From NCBI GenBank assembly GCA_023920165.1, contig CP089280.1, positions 1,116,001 through 1,180,000 of the forward strand: a DNA stretch of 64,000 nt, written 5' to 3'. The notes under the pieces were generated by a model. The model did no database searches. It had not been told where the DNA came from and saw only the letters and a program-made list of their open reading frames with translations. The first letter of the stretch is position 1. Every line of letters starts with the position of its first letter. Shown here piece after piece: positions 49,627-62,982 of the stretch. Source of the DNA: Curvularia clavata. Its lineage: Eukaryota. Position numbers and translations under genes: made by a program.

Positions 49627-50509
49627 GGGTAGTAACACGGGACACGAAGTTCATGACATGATGGCATAGTATGGAGTTATGCGGTTTAAGGACAATATCA
49701 CATGTGTTAGACTGGCAGTTTGAGTGGCTCTTGCCTGATACCTGTTCCAGCGTGGCGTCTGGTTTGATTTCTGGGGGATTTGGTCGGCTTTGCTTAGGTA
49801 GTCGAATATACGTGACCCTTCTTCTTTGTCCCGTTCTTTTCTGTTGAACATGTCCTGTCTTTTGTTGACTTGGCTTGGCTGGCCGATGCAGGGTTCGGCG
49901 GATTTAGTGCAGCAGGCTCCCCAACACAGCAGCGGTGCATCAACCAAGAGGGAATACGACGCCTGTCCATAGGCGTATTACATATATGTCAGCTTGCACT
50001 GGAATGGCAGACGTGTGTGGCCCGCGACGGCGTGCTATGACCAGTCGAGAGAGGGCGGGACCTGCGTCAGGGCGCGGGGAGCAAGACAGGCCCGCTACAG
50101 GCTTGCAGGCCCTGGTCGCTGTGCACTACCACCCTACTGCAACCTCGACAAAGCCCGACATCAACAATCACACCAGCAGCAGCATAGCAGCCCGCCTGCT
50201 TGCAACGCCCCCTCTCCTCCGCCCTGCACGCCTGTCCGCCTTCTCTCCCTCTCTGCCTCCCACGCCGCTAGCCCACCTAGGATCCCTTGCCCCGCACGCA
50301 GGAATATCTTGGTGCCGTTTCATCCTCTCCCCTTAACCATAGTGGGGGACTGTGATTACCCACCGCCACGCGCCCACACACTGTGAGACGTGACGGTGTC
50401 ACAACAACACGACTTCACGTCGGGTCTGCACGCAATCACCTGCAGAAGAGCCCGAGAGGAGCCTATCGAGCGAGGCCGCTGGGCCGTTGCGCCATAGTAT
50501 CCAGCCATC

Positions 50510-53500
50510 ATGTCGTGAGTAGCACCTTCACCGACTCGACCGACGAGGGGTCACACATGGCTAACAAATCCACCACAGGGGCTCCAACAGCATCAAAGGT
50601 GCGCAAACACCCAGAGACACACATACACTGCTTGCCTAGATATGTCGTCCATGTGTACATTTGCTGACAGCGGCACTCTGCAGTCGTGGCGCGGTTCCGT
50701 CCGCAGAACAAGGTCGAGATAGCCAGCGGTGGAGAGCCTATAGTCGAGTTCAACTCCGAGGACACATGTACTATCCAGGTGCGCCCCAACAACCTCCCAG
50801 CATCATATCGTCTCCCAGAGACATCTGCTGACTGCCATGTGTACAGTCCAAAGAGGCCTCGGGGGCCTTCACCTTCGACCGCGTCTTCGACATGAACTCG
50901 CGGCAGGAGGACGTCTTCAATTACTCCATCCGCCCCACTGTCGACGATATTCTCAACGGATACAACGGTACCGTCTTTGCATATGGACAAACAGGAGCGG
51001 GAAAGTCCTACACCATGATGGGTAGCGACATGGACGATGAGGTGCACAAAGGTGTCATCCCACGTATCGTTCAACAGATTTTTGCCAGCATTCTGGCCTC
51101 GCCAAGCAATATTGAATACACTGTCCGCGTCAGCTACATGGAAATCTACATGGAGCGTATCCGAGATTTGCTGTGCCCACAAAACGACAACCTGCCAGTA
51201 CACGAGGAGAAGAGCAGAGGTGTCTATGTCAAAGGCCTCCTTGAGGTGTACGTCTCTAGCGAAGAGGAGGTCTACGAGGTCCTGAGACGAGGTGGATCGG
51301 CACGAGCGGTCTCAGCAACCAACATGAACCAGGAGTCTTCGCGATCACATTCCATCTTTGTCGTAACGGTAAACCAAAAGAACGTCGAGACAGGGTCGTT
51401 GAAGAGTGGTCAGTTGTTCCTTGTCGATCTGGCAGGTTCCGAGAAGGTTGGCAAGACTGGTGCAAGTGGACAAACCCTCGAAGAGGCCAAGAAGATCAAC
51501 AAGAGTTTGAGTGCCTTGGGTATGGTCATCAACTGTTTGACAGACAGCAAAGCGCAACACGTTCCCTACCGAGACTCCAAACTCACGCGTATTCTCCAAG
51601 AATCGCTCGGTGGTAACTCGCGGACGACACTGATCATCAACTGTTCCCCAAGTAGTTACAACGATGTCGAAACAGTCGGTACGCTTCGGTTCGGTATGCG
51701 AGCGAAGACGATCAAGAACAAGGCCAAGGTCAACGCTGAGCTGAGTCCGGCCGAGCTCAAGGCGATGCTCAAGAAAATCCAAGGCCAAGTCACATCGTTT
51801 GAAAACTACATTGGCCAGCTGGAGAGCGAAGTCACACAATGGCGTGGAGGAGAGACAGTGCCAAAGGAAAAATGGATACCGCCGCTTGAAACTAGTGCGG
51901 TTTCTCACAAGAAGTCGTCTTCAACAGCACGACCAGCGACGCCGTCAAGAGTCGAGTCGACAAGAAACTCAGAAACACCGCGACCCGACTCTAGATTGGA
52001 TCTCGACCGCGCAGGTACACCAAGCATACCACTGGACAAGGATGAGAAGGACGACTTCTTGCGAAGGGAAAACGAATTGCAAGACCAAGTTGCCGAGAAA
52101 GAGTCGCAGCTCGCAAAGGTTGAGGACCAGCTCAAGACTGTCAAGGATGAGCTGCAATACTACAAGGACCGGGATGCCAAGACCAACAAAGAGAATGAGC
52201 GAATCACAATCGAACTCAACGAGATGAAGATGCAGGTTGAGAAGATTCAGTTCGAGGGCAAGGAGGCCCAGATCACCATGGATGGACTCAAGGAGGCCAA
52301 CGCTGAGCTTACTGCTGAGCTCGACGATGTCAAGCAACAGCTCCTAGACGCAAAGATGAACGCCAAGGAGACGTCCGCTGCCATGGATGAGAAGAAGAGG
52401 AAGAAGGCCGAAGCCATGGCGCAGATGATGGCTGGCTTTGATCTTGGCGGTGAAGTCTTCAGCGACAATGAGCGAGCCATCCGAAAGATCATTGAACAAC
52501 TCGACCAGCTCCACGAGATGAGCTCAGCAGGCGAGGCAATTGCGCCAGATGCAATTCAAGACTTGCGCGAGAAGATTGTCGAGACCCAAGGTATCGTGCG
52601 ACAAGCAGAGCTTTCCCTCACTGCACGAAGTGAGGAGGACAGTGTACATGCTAAGCGCCGTGAGGCGTTGGAAGCACGTTGCGACACTCTGCAAGCTCAG
52701 TACGAGGAGCTGCTCGAAGGCAACCTTTCAGAGCAAGACAAGGAAGAGGTCAAGGCGCGACTTGCTGACGCATACGCCGCCCGCCAAGAGGGCAATCTCG
52801 AGCTTGTTGAGACCCTCAAGCAGGACACCGCACGGCTGGTTGAGGAGGCTAAGAAGCTCAAGACTGAGAATGAGAGCCTCCAACAGCGCATCAAGAGTGG
52901 TGCCATTGCTAACGGCGTTGCAAACGGCATCAACGGCAAGACAGTGCAGCAGCAGATTGCCGAGTTTGACAACATGAAGAAGAGCCTCATGCGTGACCTC
53001 CAGAACCGGTGCGAACGGGTATGTGCATTGACGTTCTGGCAAAGAATATGACACTGACATTTTATTAGGTTGTTGAGCTTGAGATCTCGTTGGACGAAAC
53101 ACGTGAGCAATATAACAATGTGCTCCGTACTTCAAACAACCGCGCCCAGCAGAAGAAGATGATGTTCCTCGAGCGCAACCTTGAGCAACTCACCGTTGTT
53201 CAGCGCCAGCTCGTCGAGCAGAACAGCTCCCTGAAGAAGGAAGTTGCCATTGCCGAGCGCAAACTCATTGCTCGCAACGAGCGGATACAGTCTCTCGAAA
53301 ATCTGTTGCAAGATTCACAAGAGAAGCTTACAGCAGCAAACCATCGGTATGTCGAGCATGTCCCTTTGCAGAGAGCATTGTCTAACCTCTCACAGCTTCG
53401 AAGCTCAACTCACAGCCGTCAAAGAGCGCCTCGAGGCCGCCAAAGCAGGCTCAACGCGCGGCCTTGGTGCCCCCGCCAACGGCGCTTCCTACGCTGGCTT

Positions 53501-53660
53501 CGGCGGCGTCGGTTCCCGCATCGCCAAACCCCTCCGCGGCGGCGGTGCCGCCGTTGCAGACGGCCCTGTTCTCCCAGTCATTGGCAACCTCCAGAAGTCG
53601 GACGGTGACAACGAGTCCAACAAGGGCAAGAGGACAAGTTGGTTCTTCAACCAGCGATAG
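50510..53660 (+). CDS. kinA: Conventional kinesin-1 heavy chain (KinA/Nkin), 944 aa
   Basis: Exons 50510-50514, 50579-50598, 50684-50778, 50847-53018, 53069-53346, 53396-53660. Spliced N-terminus MSGSNSIKVVARFRPQN; P-loop GQTGAGKS; SSRSH; DLAGSE; coiled stalk; tail RIAKPLRGGG. Confidence 0.96.
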
Positions 53661-54320
53661 ACTCGCGTGTCGGCTTCATTGACTGAAGACTATTGATCGG
53701 AAAGGACTTGAGATACGAGACTTCTAGGGTTATGACAAAGAAGGGTGTTTTGGGTGTTTCCACTTTTCCTGCTTTGACACGAGGGATGGGGTGGAATGAG
53801 ATGTGATGCGACGCCATATGACGAGAAGAGCAGTTGGAGCAAAGGAGGTGTGAGGAAAGTGGCTTGGGTCCCTCTTCTCTCATGGGACGTCTAACGCTGG
53901 CCCTCCATGAGGGAACCATGCAAAGGGAAAATGGAAAGGGTAAATGCCATACTGCGGGGCTTAGACGCCACATGCACGCCAAACACACCTGGGTCAGTAA
54001 GGTACGCACTTTTGGGAAAAGGTGGTGGTGGTGATGTTTTCTTGAACCGAAACTTTACTAGCATTTTCCTTCTTTTCGTTTCTCCCCTTTTGTCTTTATC
54101 CCTTTCCCCTTCTTGGCTCCTCTGTGGCTTTTGCTTCCACTATAGACTCTATACTATACCACACTATACTATAGCCATAGATGCATTTTGGATATCCATG
54201 ACAACTTTATCTTGCTATCTCTCTACCTCATTTTCGTACTCACTCTTCTGCTCTCCTGATGAAATCCTCACGCTCCACTCATCTCCTTTCGCAATCAAAT
54301 CCTCGACACACATTCGCTAT

Positions 54321-55730
54321 TCAGCCCAGCCGCTGCTCACACATCCTTACCGCTACATCTGCCGTCGCCCCGTCGAAGAAATCATTCAGCACCACCACGA
54401 CGCCCTCAGCCTCCATCAACTTCCCTCCCACATCTCCCCTCAGCAGCGGCAAGATCTTCGCGTCGCAAACAGGTTTCGTGGCGAGAATAGGACTCGTCGA
54501 GACATCGTTATCCAGCACCGTCGCGATAATCACATCTCTGATATTCGTAGCCGTAGCTTGGCACTGCAGGAGCGTAATAGGCTGATTTCCTCTGCCCTCA
54601 TCGCACATGGAGTGCAGTTTAGTCACCATCGAGTCACCCGTTAACGTTGCGTTTGCTTCATCGTCGTAATTAGATGCTTGCGGTGCATCTTTGAGGATAA
54701 TGAGACGTTTGTTTTCGGCACGAAGGTCGCGGATGGATTTATGAGCCATGTCGTCTTGGTTTCCTACTTGGAGGTCTTTGCCTTGTAGAATGGATGAGAG
54801 TTCAGAACCTAACTCCTCGTCATTGGGCCGCGGGCAGTCTCCTGGAACACCGTCCCAGCGATTGTGCACGACGATGATTTCGTCCCTGTGGTCGACTAGG
54901 AAACGCGTGATGTGATCTAGAAGCACCCTGTACCGCATCCCTGGAATAGCGCCGTGCTGGAAATACCAAGTATCCTCGATCGAAGACATGTTCTGTAGCT
55001 GGCGATGGCATTTGGCGGGGCGGAATTCAAAGTATCGAGCGCCGATTTTTAGAATCGAGTCTAGAGTGTCTTTTTGCGTTATGGCGAGCGCACGAATGAT
55101 GTCCGGGGCAATGCGGTGGACGGCTCCGTCGCCGAGTTTGTTGAAGATGGTGAGGGCGTGTGGGAGTTCGCGACCTAGGACTTCTTTGATGACACCTGTT
55201 CCCGCGTTTTGAATCAGCGCGAGGCTGGAGGCCATGTTGTTCATGCCGATGTCGTGAGCGGAGGGCAGGACCATTCTATGAAAGGGGCGGTTGGCTTTGT
55301 CTGAGTCCGGGGGAATGGTGTCGCGCATCCAGTTCTCGTAGTTATGCGTTACCGTTACGTAGCATTGGTGCTGCTTGGGTAGCTCTGCAATTCCTGGGCC
55401 AGCGTCGTAAAACCCATAGGTTATGACGAGGTCTTCTGGGAAGAGGGCAGGCGTCTGCTCCATGTTTCGCATTGTGCCGTCTTCTATCTTGCCTGTCATG
55501 CTGTTCACGGCAACCCATTGTTTGGTCAGCTCGCGGCCATCGCGGCGAACGATGAATTCAAAGTTTCCAGTAAATTTGAAATGGGGAAGATTCGATGACT
55601 CGATTTCCAGGTGATCGAAGAGGAATTCCCGTTGTGAGTTCCGCGTGACGCTTTGCTTTGGGACCGTGAACTCAATCTCGACTCCGTCGACTGCGATGTA
55701 CGCGAAGCACTTGATCCCCTTGGACGGCAT
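54321..55730 (-). CDS. PLC-like phosphodiesterase (PI-PLC X-box superfamily), 469 aa
   Basis: Intronless ORF with MVLPSAHDIGM, ITQKD, GARYFEFRP, FQHG and EIIVV segments typical of PI-PLC-like TIM barrels. Confidence 0.8.
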   Translation of the reverse strand: MPSKGIKCFAYIAVDGVEIEFTVPKQSVTRNSQREFLFDHLEIESSNLPHFKFTGNFEFIVRRDGRELTKQWVAVNSMTGKIEDGTMRNMEQTPALFPEDLVITYGFYDAGPGIAELPKQHQCYVTVTHNYENWMRDTIPPDSDKANRPFHRMVLPSAHDIGMNNMASSLALIQNAGTGVIKEVLGRELPHALTIFNKLGDGAVHRIAPDIIRALAITQKDTLDSILKIGARYFEFRPAKCHRQLQNMSSIEDTWYFQHGAIPGMRYRVLLDHITRFLVDHRDEIIVVHNRWDGVPGDCPRPNDEELGSELSSILQGKDLQVGNQDDMAHKSIRDLRAENKRLIILKDAPQASNYDDEANATLTGDSMVTKLHSMCDEGRGNQPITLLQCQATATNIRDVIIATVLDNDVSTSPILATKPVCDAKILPLLRGDVGGKLMEAEGVVVVLNDFFDGATADVAVRMCEQRLG

Positions 55731-56310
55731 TGTGAGGTGAGATCATTCGAACTTGTTCTTTGTTTGCACCTGTGGTTGTTTACGTTGATGTTAATACACG
55801 TCTTCGCGGTTCGTACAGCCGGGTGTCCAGTGGGGTAAGGAGTGGACGATGAAAACGAAGCTGGCGGTCATGGTGGGGTGCCATCCCATTATTAAAAAGA
55901 AAGTACTAGCGATATGATCCATGCCTCTTCAGCCCGTGTCTAGACACTGGGGTTTATTGGCGGTGGCTGAGCAGTGGTGTTGAAGTGGGGAACTCCGTTC
56001 AGCCACGCCAATGGGCTATCGATGTGCCGGACAATCACGCTAGTCGGGCCGGCAGGAATTCAGCCCTTTCTGTTCAAATGCCAGTAGTCACTCGCTGAAA
56101 TGGTGTCTTTAATTCTTGTGAGAGTTCCGGAGACATCAAGCGAGCTTTTGAATACTTCAAATAAGGTTCTGCGGTGTACTCTTGAGGCCCATTACATCAT
56201 CTGCTGGTTCGGTTAGATGAACAATCTGAGGTTTTGTGTTTAACATATGGCGTACCTGTTCAAGTCACTAATTTTTCATCTTTCCATCTTTTGCGACTGG
56301 CCCTATGCGG

Positions 56311-56837
56311 CTACCCGAAAGCAGGTGAAAGAGCATACCCAACAACCAGCTCTTCTCCTTGCTTGAAACAGCTCCAAAGGTTGCCAACGCCTTCATCTAG
56401 CCCAGGACTAAATACACTCCCGATATAGCAAAAGACGCTCTCGTGCTCCTTGACCCCCAGCCTTTTGCGTAAGAAACGCACTATAGTCGCAAAATTCTGA
56501 TTGGTGCTGAGCTTGAAGATGCGCTGAGTGAGATGCGGGGCGGACCCTATCGGTTGAAGACGGATTGTTACTGTAGAAGAAGTCTTAGTAGATTGTACAT
56601 TCCGATATAGAATGCGATTGTGTGTGATCATAGGACTGGGCAGCAGTGGATATCAAGGCACGTGGGGCCTGGAACGAGCTGGACTTTACCTTTCTGAACA
56701 TTAAGATTACCCGCTGTTTCGAGGGCTTTGGACGCATCTTTTGGGAGATCGCTCAGAACAACAGAAGCCGCCATGCTGAGAGGCGCTTCTGTTACTTCGT
56801 CTTCTTCGGGTATCCTTTCGGTGGGTGATTCAGACAT
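56311..56837 (-). CDS. ATG12: Ubiquitin-like autophagy protein Atg12, 135 aa
   Basis: Exons 56837-56690 and 56570-56311. PLSMAASVVL..KVTIRLQPIGSAP..FLRKRL..VFCYI.SVFSPGLDEGVGNLW..PAFG (terminal Gly). Confidence 0.95.
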
Positions 56838-57644
56838 GATGTAAGTCGGGTGGAGCCTTGTTGTGATTAGAGAGTGAGGCTTTCATAAATCGATTGACCA
56901 GAATAACGGGTGAAGACAGGACGAGGTGCAAGTAGTTGTTTTCAAGCGAGGCGCTGTCTGTACAAAGAACTAGAATGAGGAGAGTAGGTGTAGGCAAGCA
57001 CGATAGTCAGGTGGAAGGTATCGACATCAGCCTAGCCAATCAGCGCCCCACCACCACACTACCTCACTCGAAAGAACTAGCAGACGCAATATACACGATA
57101 TCACTCTTCATATTGATATCTAGCACGCTGCATATATCTACTACGATAGAGATAAAAAAACACAAGGCTTGAAAACTAATAATCCGCACGTTCATCCGTC
57201 GTCACATTCTCTCCTAGTATGACAATGTCCTTCAAACCACCATGGTAGCACCAACGCCTATTTTCAATCACACGCACAAGTACGCGAACCGCCAACAAAC
57301 CGGCTTGCAATTGCAACCACCGGCAAAAGGGACCACGAAGGTCATGATACAATAGGTATATACAAAGGAACGCGTGTATCGTTAGCCACCAGGGATCGAG
57401 ATCGTGGCCTATACTGAGTAAGGAAATGAGCAGGTTGTGCTAGGTCACCAAAGTTGGGTTAAGATTGCGCCGCAGAAATGCTATTGAAAAACGGGTATTT
57501 GCTCACAGATGAATGCTGTGAGCTGCAAAGGCGAGAAGTAAAAGGATGAGAAAGAAAGCCATTTTTCGTGGGTATTAGTGGAGTCATCCATTACGCCGTG
57601 ACAGATGCAATATTTGGCAGTTCAGTCTGCATGAGCCACGAGGC

Positions 57645-59546
57645 TCACCGACGATCAAGTTGGGCGAGGAGCTGATCAAGCTCAACCCAGTTATCATCAT
57701 TTGCCGCAAATTTGCGGTGTTTGCGGGAGACGACGTGCTATATGCTGTCAGCAATGTGTTCAAAAAAGGTACGATGACTATCCATACCTCGTCGAAGTCG
57801 TTGAACTTCTCCCTGCAATTCTCGCAGTAACCTGGTTTCAACTCCTTCTCAACAGTCTTGCGCCTGCGGAGGGCTGCTGCTTTACGAGCTTGTCGCTCCT
57901 CGTCTCCATCATCATGCATTCGGCCCATTGTCTCCTGAGCTTTGCGTTTGGCTGCTCGCATGGGCTGAGTATGCTCTTGGGCGAGCGCGGTCCTGACATC
58001 ATTTGTGACGGACGAATGGCCACTATTCGTGTTCGCCGACGGCATGCTGTTCTTCTCGAGGACTTTCCGCTTCAACTGATTGACTTCCTTGCTGTTACCG
58101 GCCCGAGGAGCAGCAGCAGTAGAGGAAATCATTTGGGAGCGGATGGCAGACGTCATGTTGGATTGATGCAAACCAGATGCGACTGGCTCACCAGCAATGC
58201 AACGAGGCATTGCTCGGATACTAGCCTGAGCACTGCCAAACAGGGGTGGCGAGCCATCGGCTGTACTGCAACGCTTGAGAGGAAGGGATTTCGGAGGGTC
58301 CAGTGGCTTCGCGTTGTCCGTATCTTCCTTTGTTATAGCGGCAGGGGCACTAGGGCGGCGGGCGACGTTGTTCTCGACGAGGGCGTTCTTCTCCTCCAGA
58401 GCAGAAGCTGCGCGTGTTCGCGGGGCCGCTGCTGCTTGTCTGCGACGCGCCTCTTGCTCCTCCTGCTGTCTGCGACCAAAATGAGGATCCTCCACGAACG
58501 GACACTTGCCGTTACCAGAAGCCCGGAACTGCGGCCACTTGCCCTTCTCTTTCTCGACCTTCTGGTATTCCCGGATCATGACTGGTCGTGTGACCTCATC
58601 CATGTCGTGGACGTAGACGTAGTATCCGCGGAGTGGAATCATATCCTGCGAAGCCATAACATAGTCACGGTCCATCTTCTCATTCTGTAGAAGCCTCTGC
58701 AAATCAGCAGGGCGGCCCTTCTGCTGCGAAGCCGTGGTCTGACGGGTAGGGTGAATGGAGACATCTTCGCCAGTCTCCTTGTTGAACATAGTGTCAATCA
58801 TTCGTTGCACTTTGTCGACAGACCATATCTTCATCCCCAAGCTCTTAGCCTTGTACAAAATATCACCACGGTCCGACTTCTCAAGGGCAGCGTCGAACAC
58901 AGACTTCTTGTTCTCGAGCTGGGCAGGGTTGACCGTTCCTTTGTGAGCCGAGGAGCTGTTGTCGATGTCGACGGGAATAGGGCGCGTGGTGATAACATGG
59001 GTAACTTCTCGAGAGAAAAATTTGACTTCGCGCTGTAAACTGTTAGCAACTGAGACATAGAGACTGGTGAAGCACGCATACCGAGCCGAGGATTCGGGCT
59101 CTGCTCATGAGCTTGTCTTTTTGCGGATCCGAGACGCTGTCAAAGTAGAAAGCAAATTGCGGGAAGAGCTTGCGGTAGTGACGCTGCCATTGGCGAATCG
59201 TCTCCAAGTCCTGTGCGGCTCGCTGTGCAGCTTGCTTGCTCGGAGCCTTGACTTCTCTTGCAGCTTCCAACTTCCGGGTCAAGGCGGTTGGCTGGGCCCC
59301 ACTACGACGAACGAGGCCATGACGACGAGCTTCAGCATCATCGACCTCGATTATCTGCTTCTTGGGTGGAGGCTGGCCATAGGTTACATCGCGTTGCTCG
59401 CTGGCATGGGAGCGTTGGCGCTTTCCTCCGATAGCTGGGGCGCGCATTGGGGAATTGGTGGCATTTTGGAGATTGGCGAGAGGGACGCGACGGCTCGACA
59501 TGACTGTAAGAACCTGAGGCGAGGGAGGGACAGCCACTGCTGCCAT
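57645..59546 (-). CDS. DBF4: Cdc7 kinase regulatory subunit Dbf4/Dfp1/NimO, 600 aa
   Basis: Exons 59546-59082, 59032-57788, 57737-57645. Motif N WQRHYRK..FYFD..FFSREVTHVITTR, motif M YVYVHDMDE.TRPVMIREY..WPQFR, and zinc finger GYCENC..H....H. Confidence 0.92.
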
Positions 59547-61865
59547 GCGTAGCTATCAGCAGCAGTGGGCGAACCTTGGGGGGAGTCGTGGTACAGGGAA
59601 AAGCTCGTGGGAGGGGCACGTGTGCGTGTGGTGGTGGCAGCTCACGACGCGACGAAACAGGCACGTCGATGGGATTTTCAGCAGCGTGTAGCAGCCATGC
59701 CGGCGCGATGCAGAGTACGGAAGACCAGGAGGGAGCTGTACGAGAGCGGATTGAGCGAGAGAAGAGCGCGTCTGCAGGCCAGGGTCTGATGTCTTTGACC
59801 AAGGAAAGAGAGAGTTTGTTGTGGAGGCTGGTATGATGATGGTTGCTCGCTGCCACGCTAGCCCGAAGCGGCGGTAGCGTCTCCGTGTCGCGCGAACCAC
59901 GCAAATAATCTGCCTGGCAACCAAACAACCGAACCCTTGTTGTCAACACGCCCATGCACGACATGCTACTGCAAATAGCCTAGCCCATTGCCGCCCGCTC
60001 CCTGTTCGTCTCCCCAGACGCCTGCTATGGACGATGCGATTGGCATGCCCTTTGCTGGCGGCATTTCCTGCTAATCTAGCCTACAGACCCCTTTCTCGTT
60101 CTTCCTCGAGCCGCAATTAAACATCTGGTTTGGGAGCGCCTTTGTCAGCATCCCTTGGCATCGGGGCTTTGTTTGGCCATCATCTGGCTCCATCGGACAG
60201 TTTCCTTTGGTCTGACACACTGACTGCTATGCGTCATCACTGTTCATGGCATTCGAGCCCGTGAGCCTGGCTCTCCACTGCCCGGTCACCACCGTGATCA
60301 TATCCGCTCCATGGGTCATATTGTGATCTGACACGTTCGGTGAACTACGTGGGGGAAAAAGCAAGAAAAACAGCCATTTAAACACAGGGCGTTGGCCTCC
60401 TCAAAACATCTGAATACTTCATGTCCATTGTTAAATGGAGAAGGGTTGATCGATGCATTCACTGGAGAGTATCCTGAAGGGACGCCTAGTAAAGCAATCC
60501 CTCTAGATGTATCCACTCACCATGTCCATGCATCTTGGATTTACCTCACATTGCCATTTCCCTCTGAGTACTGGCTGAACTATAAATGTTTGATCGTCAA
60601 TTGGACCTCACCTAGTTCTTGCTATCTTTATGATGACAACTTATCAACGATATCGAACGTAGTTGCTTGTATCAACTGATGGCTTAGGGCAGTATCACTT
60701 GGGACCATGCAGGAAAGGAGCATCCATTATAGCTTATATAGGCAGAGTTCAATGGCACTGAGGGAGTGTGCCCTGAACCACTACTGAGAACAATGGCGCT
60801 CTCATGATCCGTTTGCTGTTCGCCATTCAGTCATCGGACTGTCACAAGCTTACTGAGAATACGCGGCAGACGATAACACAGACAGACCGATTGTTACCGA
60901 ACTACAAAAGGCAAGATTGCAGCTCGCCCGATGAAGCAACGGAGACACCTTGGAGAATGTGTGTCCCAAGGTCCGCTTCCGGAGTTGTGGCGAATAGCTG
61001 CTGCAGTCATCATCTGGTTTGGCGCGAGATCACCGCACACCTACAACTACAGAGCGCAAGGTCAACACAGCGGAGCATACGACATTTTCAGGATGATCAC
61101 CCTATGGTATGCGACTCTCCTAACCTTCAGTATGTCCGGCTGGTTCATACACGGACAAGGGCATCTGAAGTAGTCTCAAACACATGATTCTCGTCGTTAG
61201 ATTTACGAGCGCTATTGAGTACCATACCTAAGCCTGCACATGCAAACTCCAAGGCACTCGTGTGTGACGTAGGTAAATGCATCAATACGAGAAGGGCTCT
61301 GAAGATAAGATTACGGAAAAGATCGGGTCAAAACCTGGATGCAGCGTCGGCTGTCATGTGAACTCGATTGCAAACATGGTCGAGCAGCGTATCAGAAAAC
61401 AATCCAAGAAAAAGAAAAGAAAGAAACTCGAGGATTCTAACGAAACGCCTAAGATCGGATACGAGCATTTATCAGAGTAGACTAAGTAGAAAAAGAAAGA
61501 ACATCGAACCTCGCACAATCGTTCTCCCACGTTCAAGTTCATTGGCGCTCGGGGTGCTCGGCGATCGGGATTGGACGACCCTGGCCACTGGCGTCGTTCC
61601 AACGGCGCGCTCAACACTTTCACATGCAAGCCGCCTCATCAAGCCTTGGGATTAAGATTTTGACAGATTCGGTATAATGCCGTCTCAGCGAAACAAGGAC
61701 AGCCGCCATGCTGCCGCGAAAACTCCAGATACTTCTTTCTTTTCTCTACCGTCCTCGCGTCTCATTTTACTCGACTTCTATTCGCACTCACCTATAATCA
61801 ACCGTGGGCGAAGGATCGCGCTCCGACAGTATTAGGAGCGCGCAGTGGGGTGAGAACACCATAAA

Positions 61866-62982
61866 ATGCTCGTGACTGAATCTACAGAGCCGTCTGTGAC
61901 TACTCTCGACTCCGTGTCTTCTGTGTCGATGGAAGAGAACAGTATCCGGCCCAGCATGCTTTACAGCGTACTTCCTACCGTGGTGTCGAGCCGCATACCT
62001 ACAATACCCTCCCTCCGCCAGTCGCTCGGCGATGCACGGGGTCGGACCTCATGCAGCAAGTCCGACACCGTGATCGAGTTGCCGCAGCCTGAGACACCGC
62101 CGCCAGGCTACTCTTCCATGCCCCCAAGCGGATCCATTACACCACACAGGCTTTCTGCCGCTTTAGGGGGAGCAGAACTCGACTTTGCAGATGATGAATC
62201 TGAAGGTCAAGCATCTTCGAGAGCCATGCCCCTGCAAACGCTTGGGGCTGAAGAGACGCATTCCGGCATTAGATGGAAATATGCTAGCCTAGGTATAGTG
62301 GTTGTACTTGTTAGGGGAAATATGGTTGCTTACACAATTCTTAGGGACAACACTACTAAATCAAGCATGCAGGGAGTCAAATGCATCGACTAGTAGTTCC
62401 GACGAGGCTTCCGCAACACTTACCCGACAATTGTACATCCACGGCATGACCTATCTGCTTCGAGGACTTCCGACAAAACTCACTCCAGAGGAGACGCTGA
62501 GTCTACAGGCAGCTCTCCCGCAAGACCTTGCGGAAGCTGTGAACGACCCGAATGCGGGTGCACTCGTACGTGCCTCGGACCAGAAACTCAGCCCTTCACA
62601 GAAGCCACCACAAAACCCTACCGTCCTACACCGCGTGACGGCGACGCTAGTCCTACAGCTGTTCCTTCTCATACAGTTTCTTCTGCCATACATTCGGCTT
62701 TTCCTTGCACATGCTTATCGGTTTGAAAGAAAGCACCAAATCACTAAGCGACTTGTCAACACAAGCGTGGCAACTGTAGATGACATCGGGCGGAGAACAC
62801 TGCGTTTCTCTCATACCGTGTGCCAGATGAACGACGGCATGGTTGGACAAGCCATCAACGACATGAGCATATGGTGGATAACAGGCGTGACTGGAGGGGT
62901 TCGGCAGGGTCTTGCAGAGGGACTGCGAACCATGAAAGTGGCGGAAGCCCAGCGACGTGAGGGGTCAGAGGTGACGAATTAG
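61866..62982 (+). CDS. Conserved-looking fungal hypothetical protein, 354 aa
   Basis: Exons 61866-62292 and 62345-62982. PPPGY motif, SGIRWKYA, RQLYIHGMTYLLRGLP, one hydrophobic segment. No function recognised. Confidence 0.75.

Noticed and set aside
53907..54644. 245-aa plus-strand ORF
   Set aside because: Spans a pyrimidine-rich 3' region and the antisense of the PLC-like gene; composition is not protein-like.
57701..58690. 329-aa plus-strand ORF
   Set aside because: Antisense shadow of DBF4 exon 2.
60316..61655. Possible small gene between DBF4 and the hypothetical at 61,866
   Set aside because: Overlapping short ORFs with no consistent spliced model or recognisable motif.
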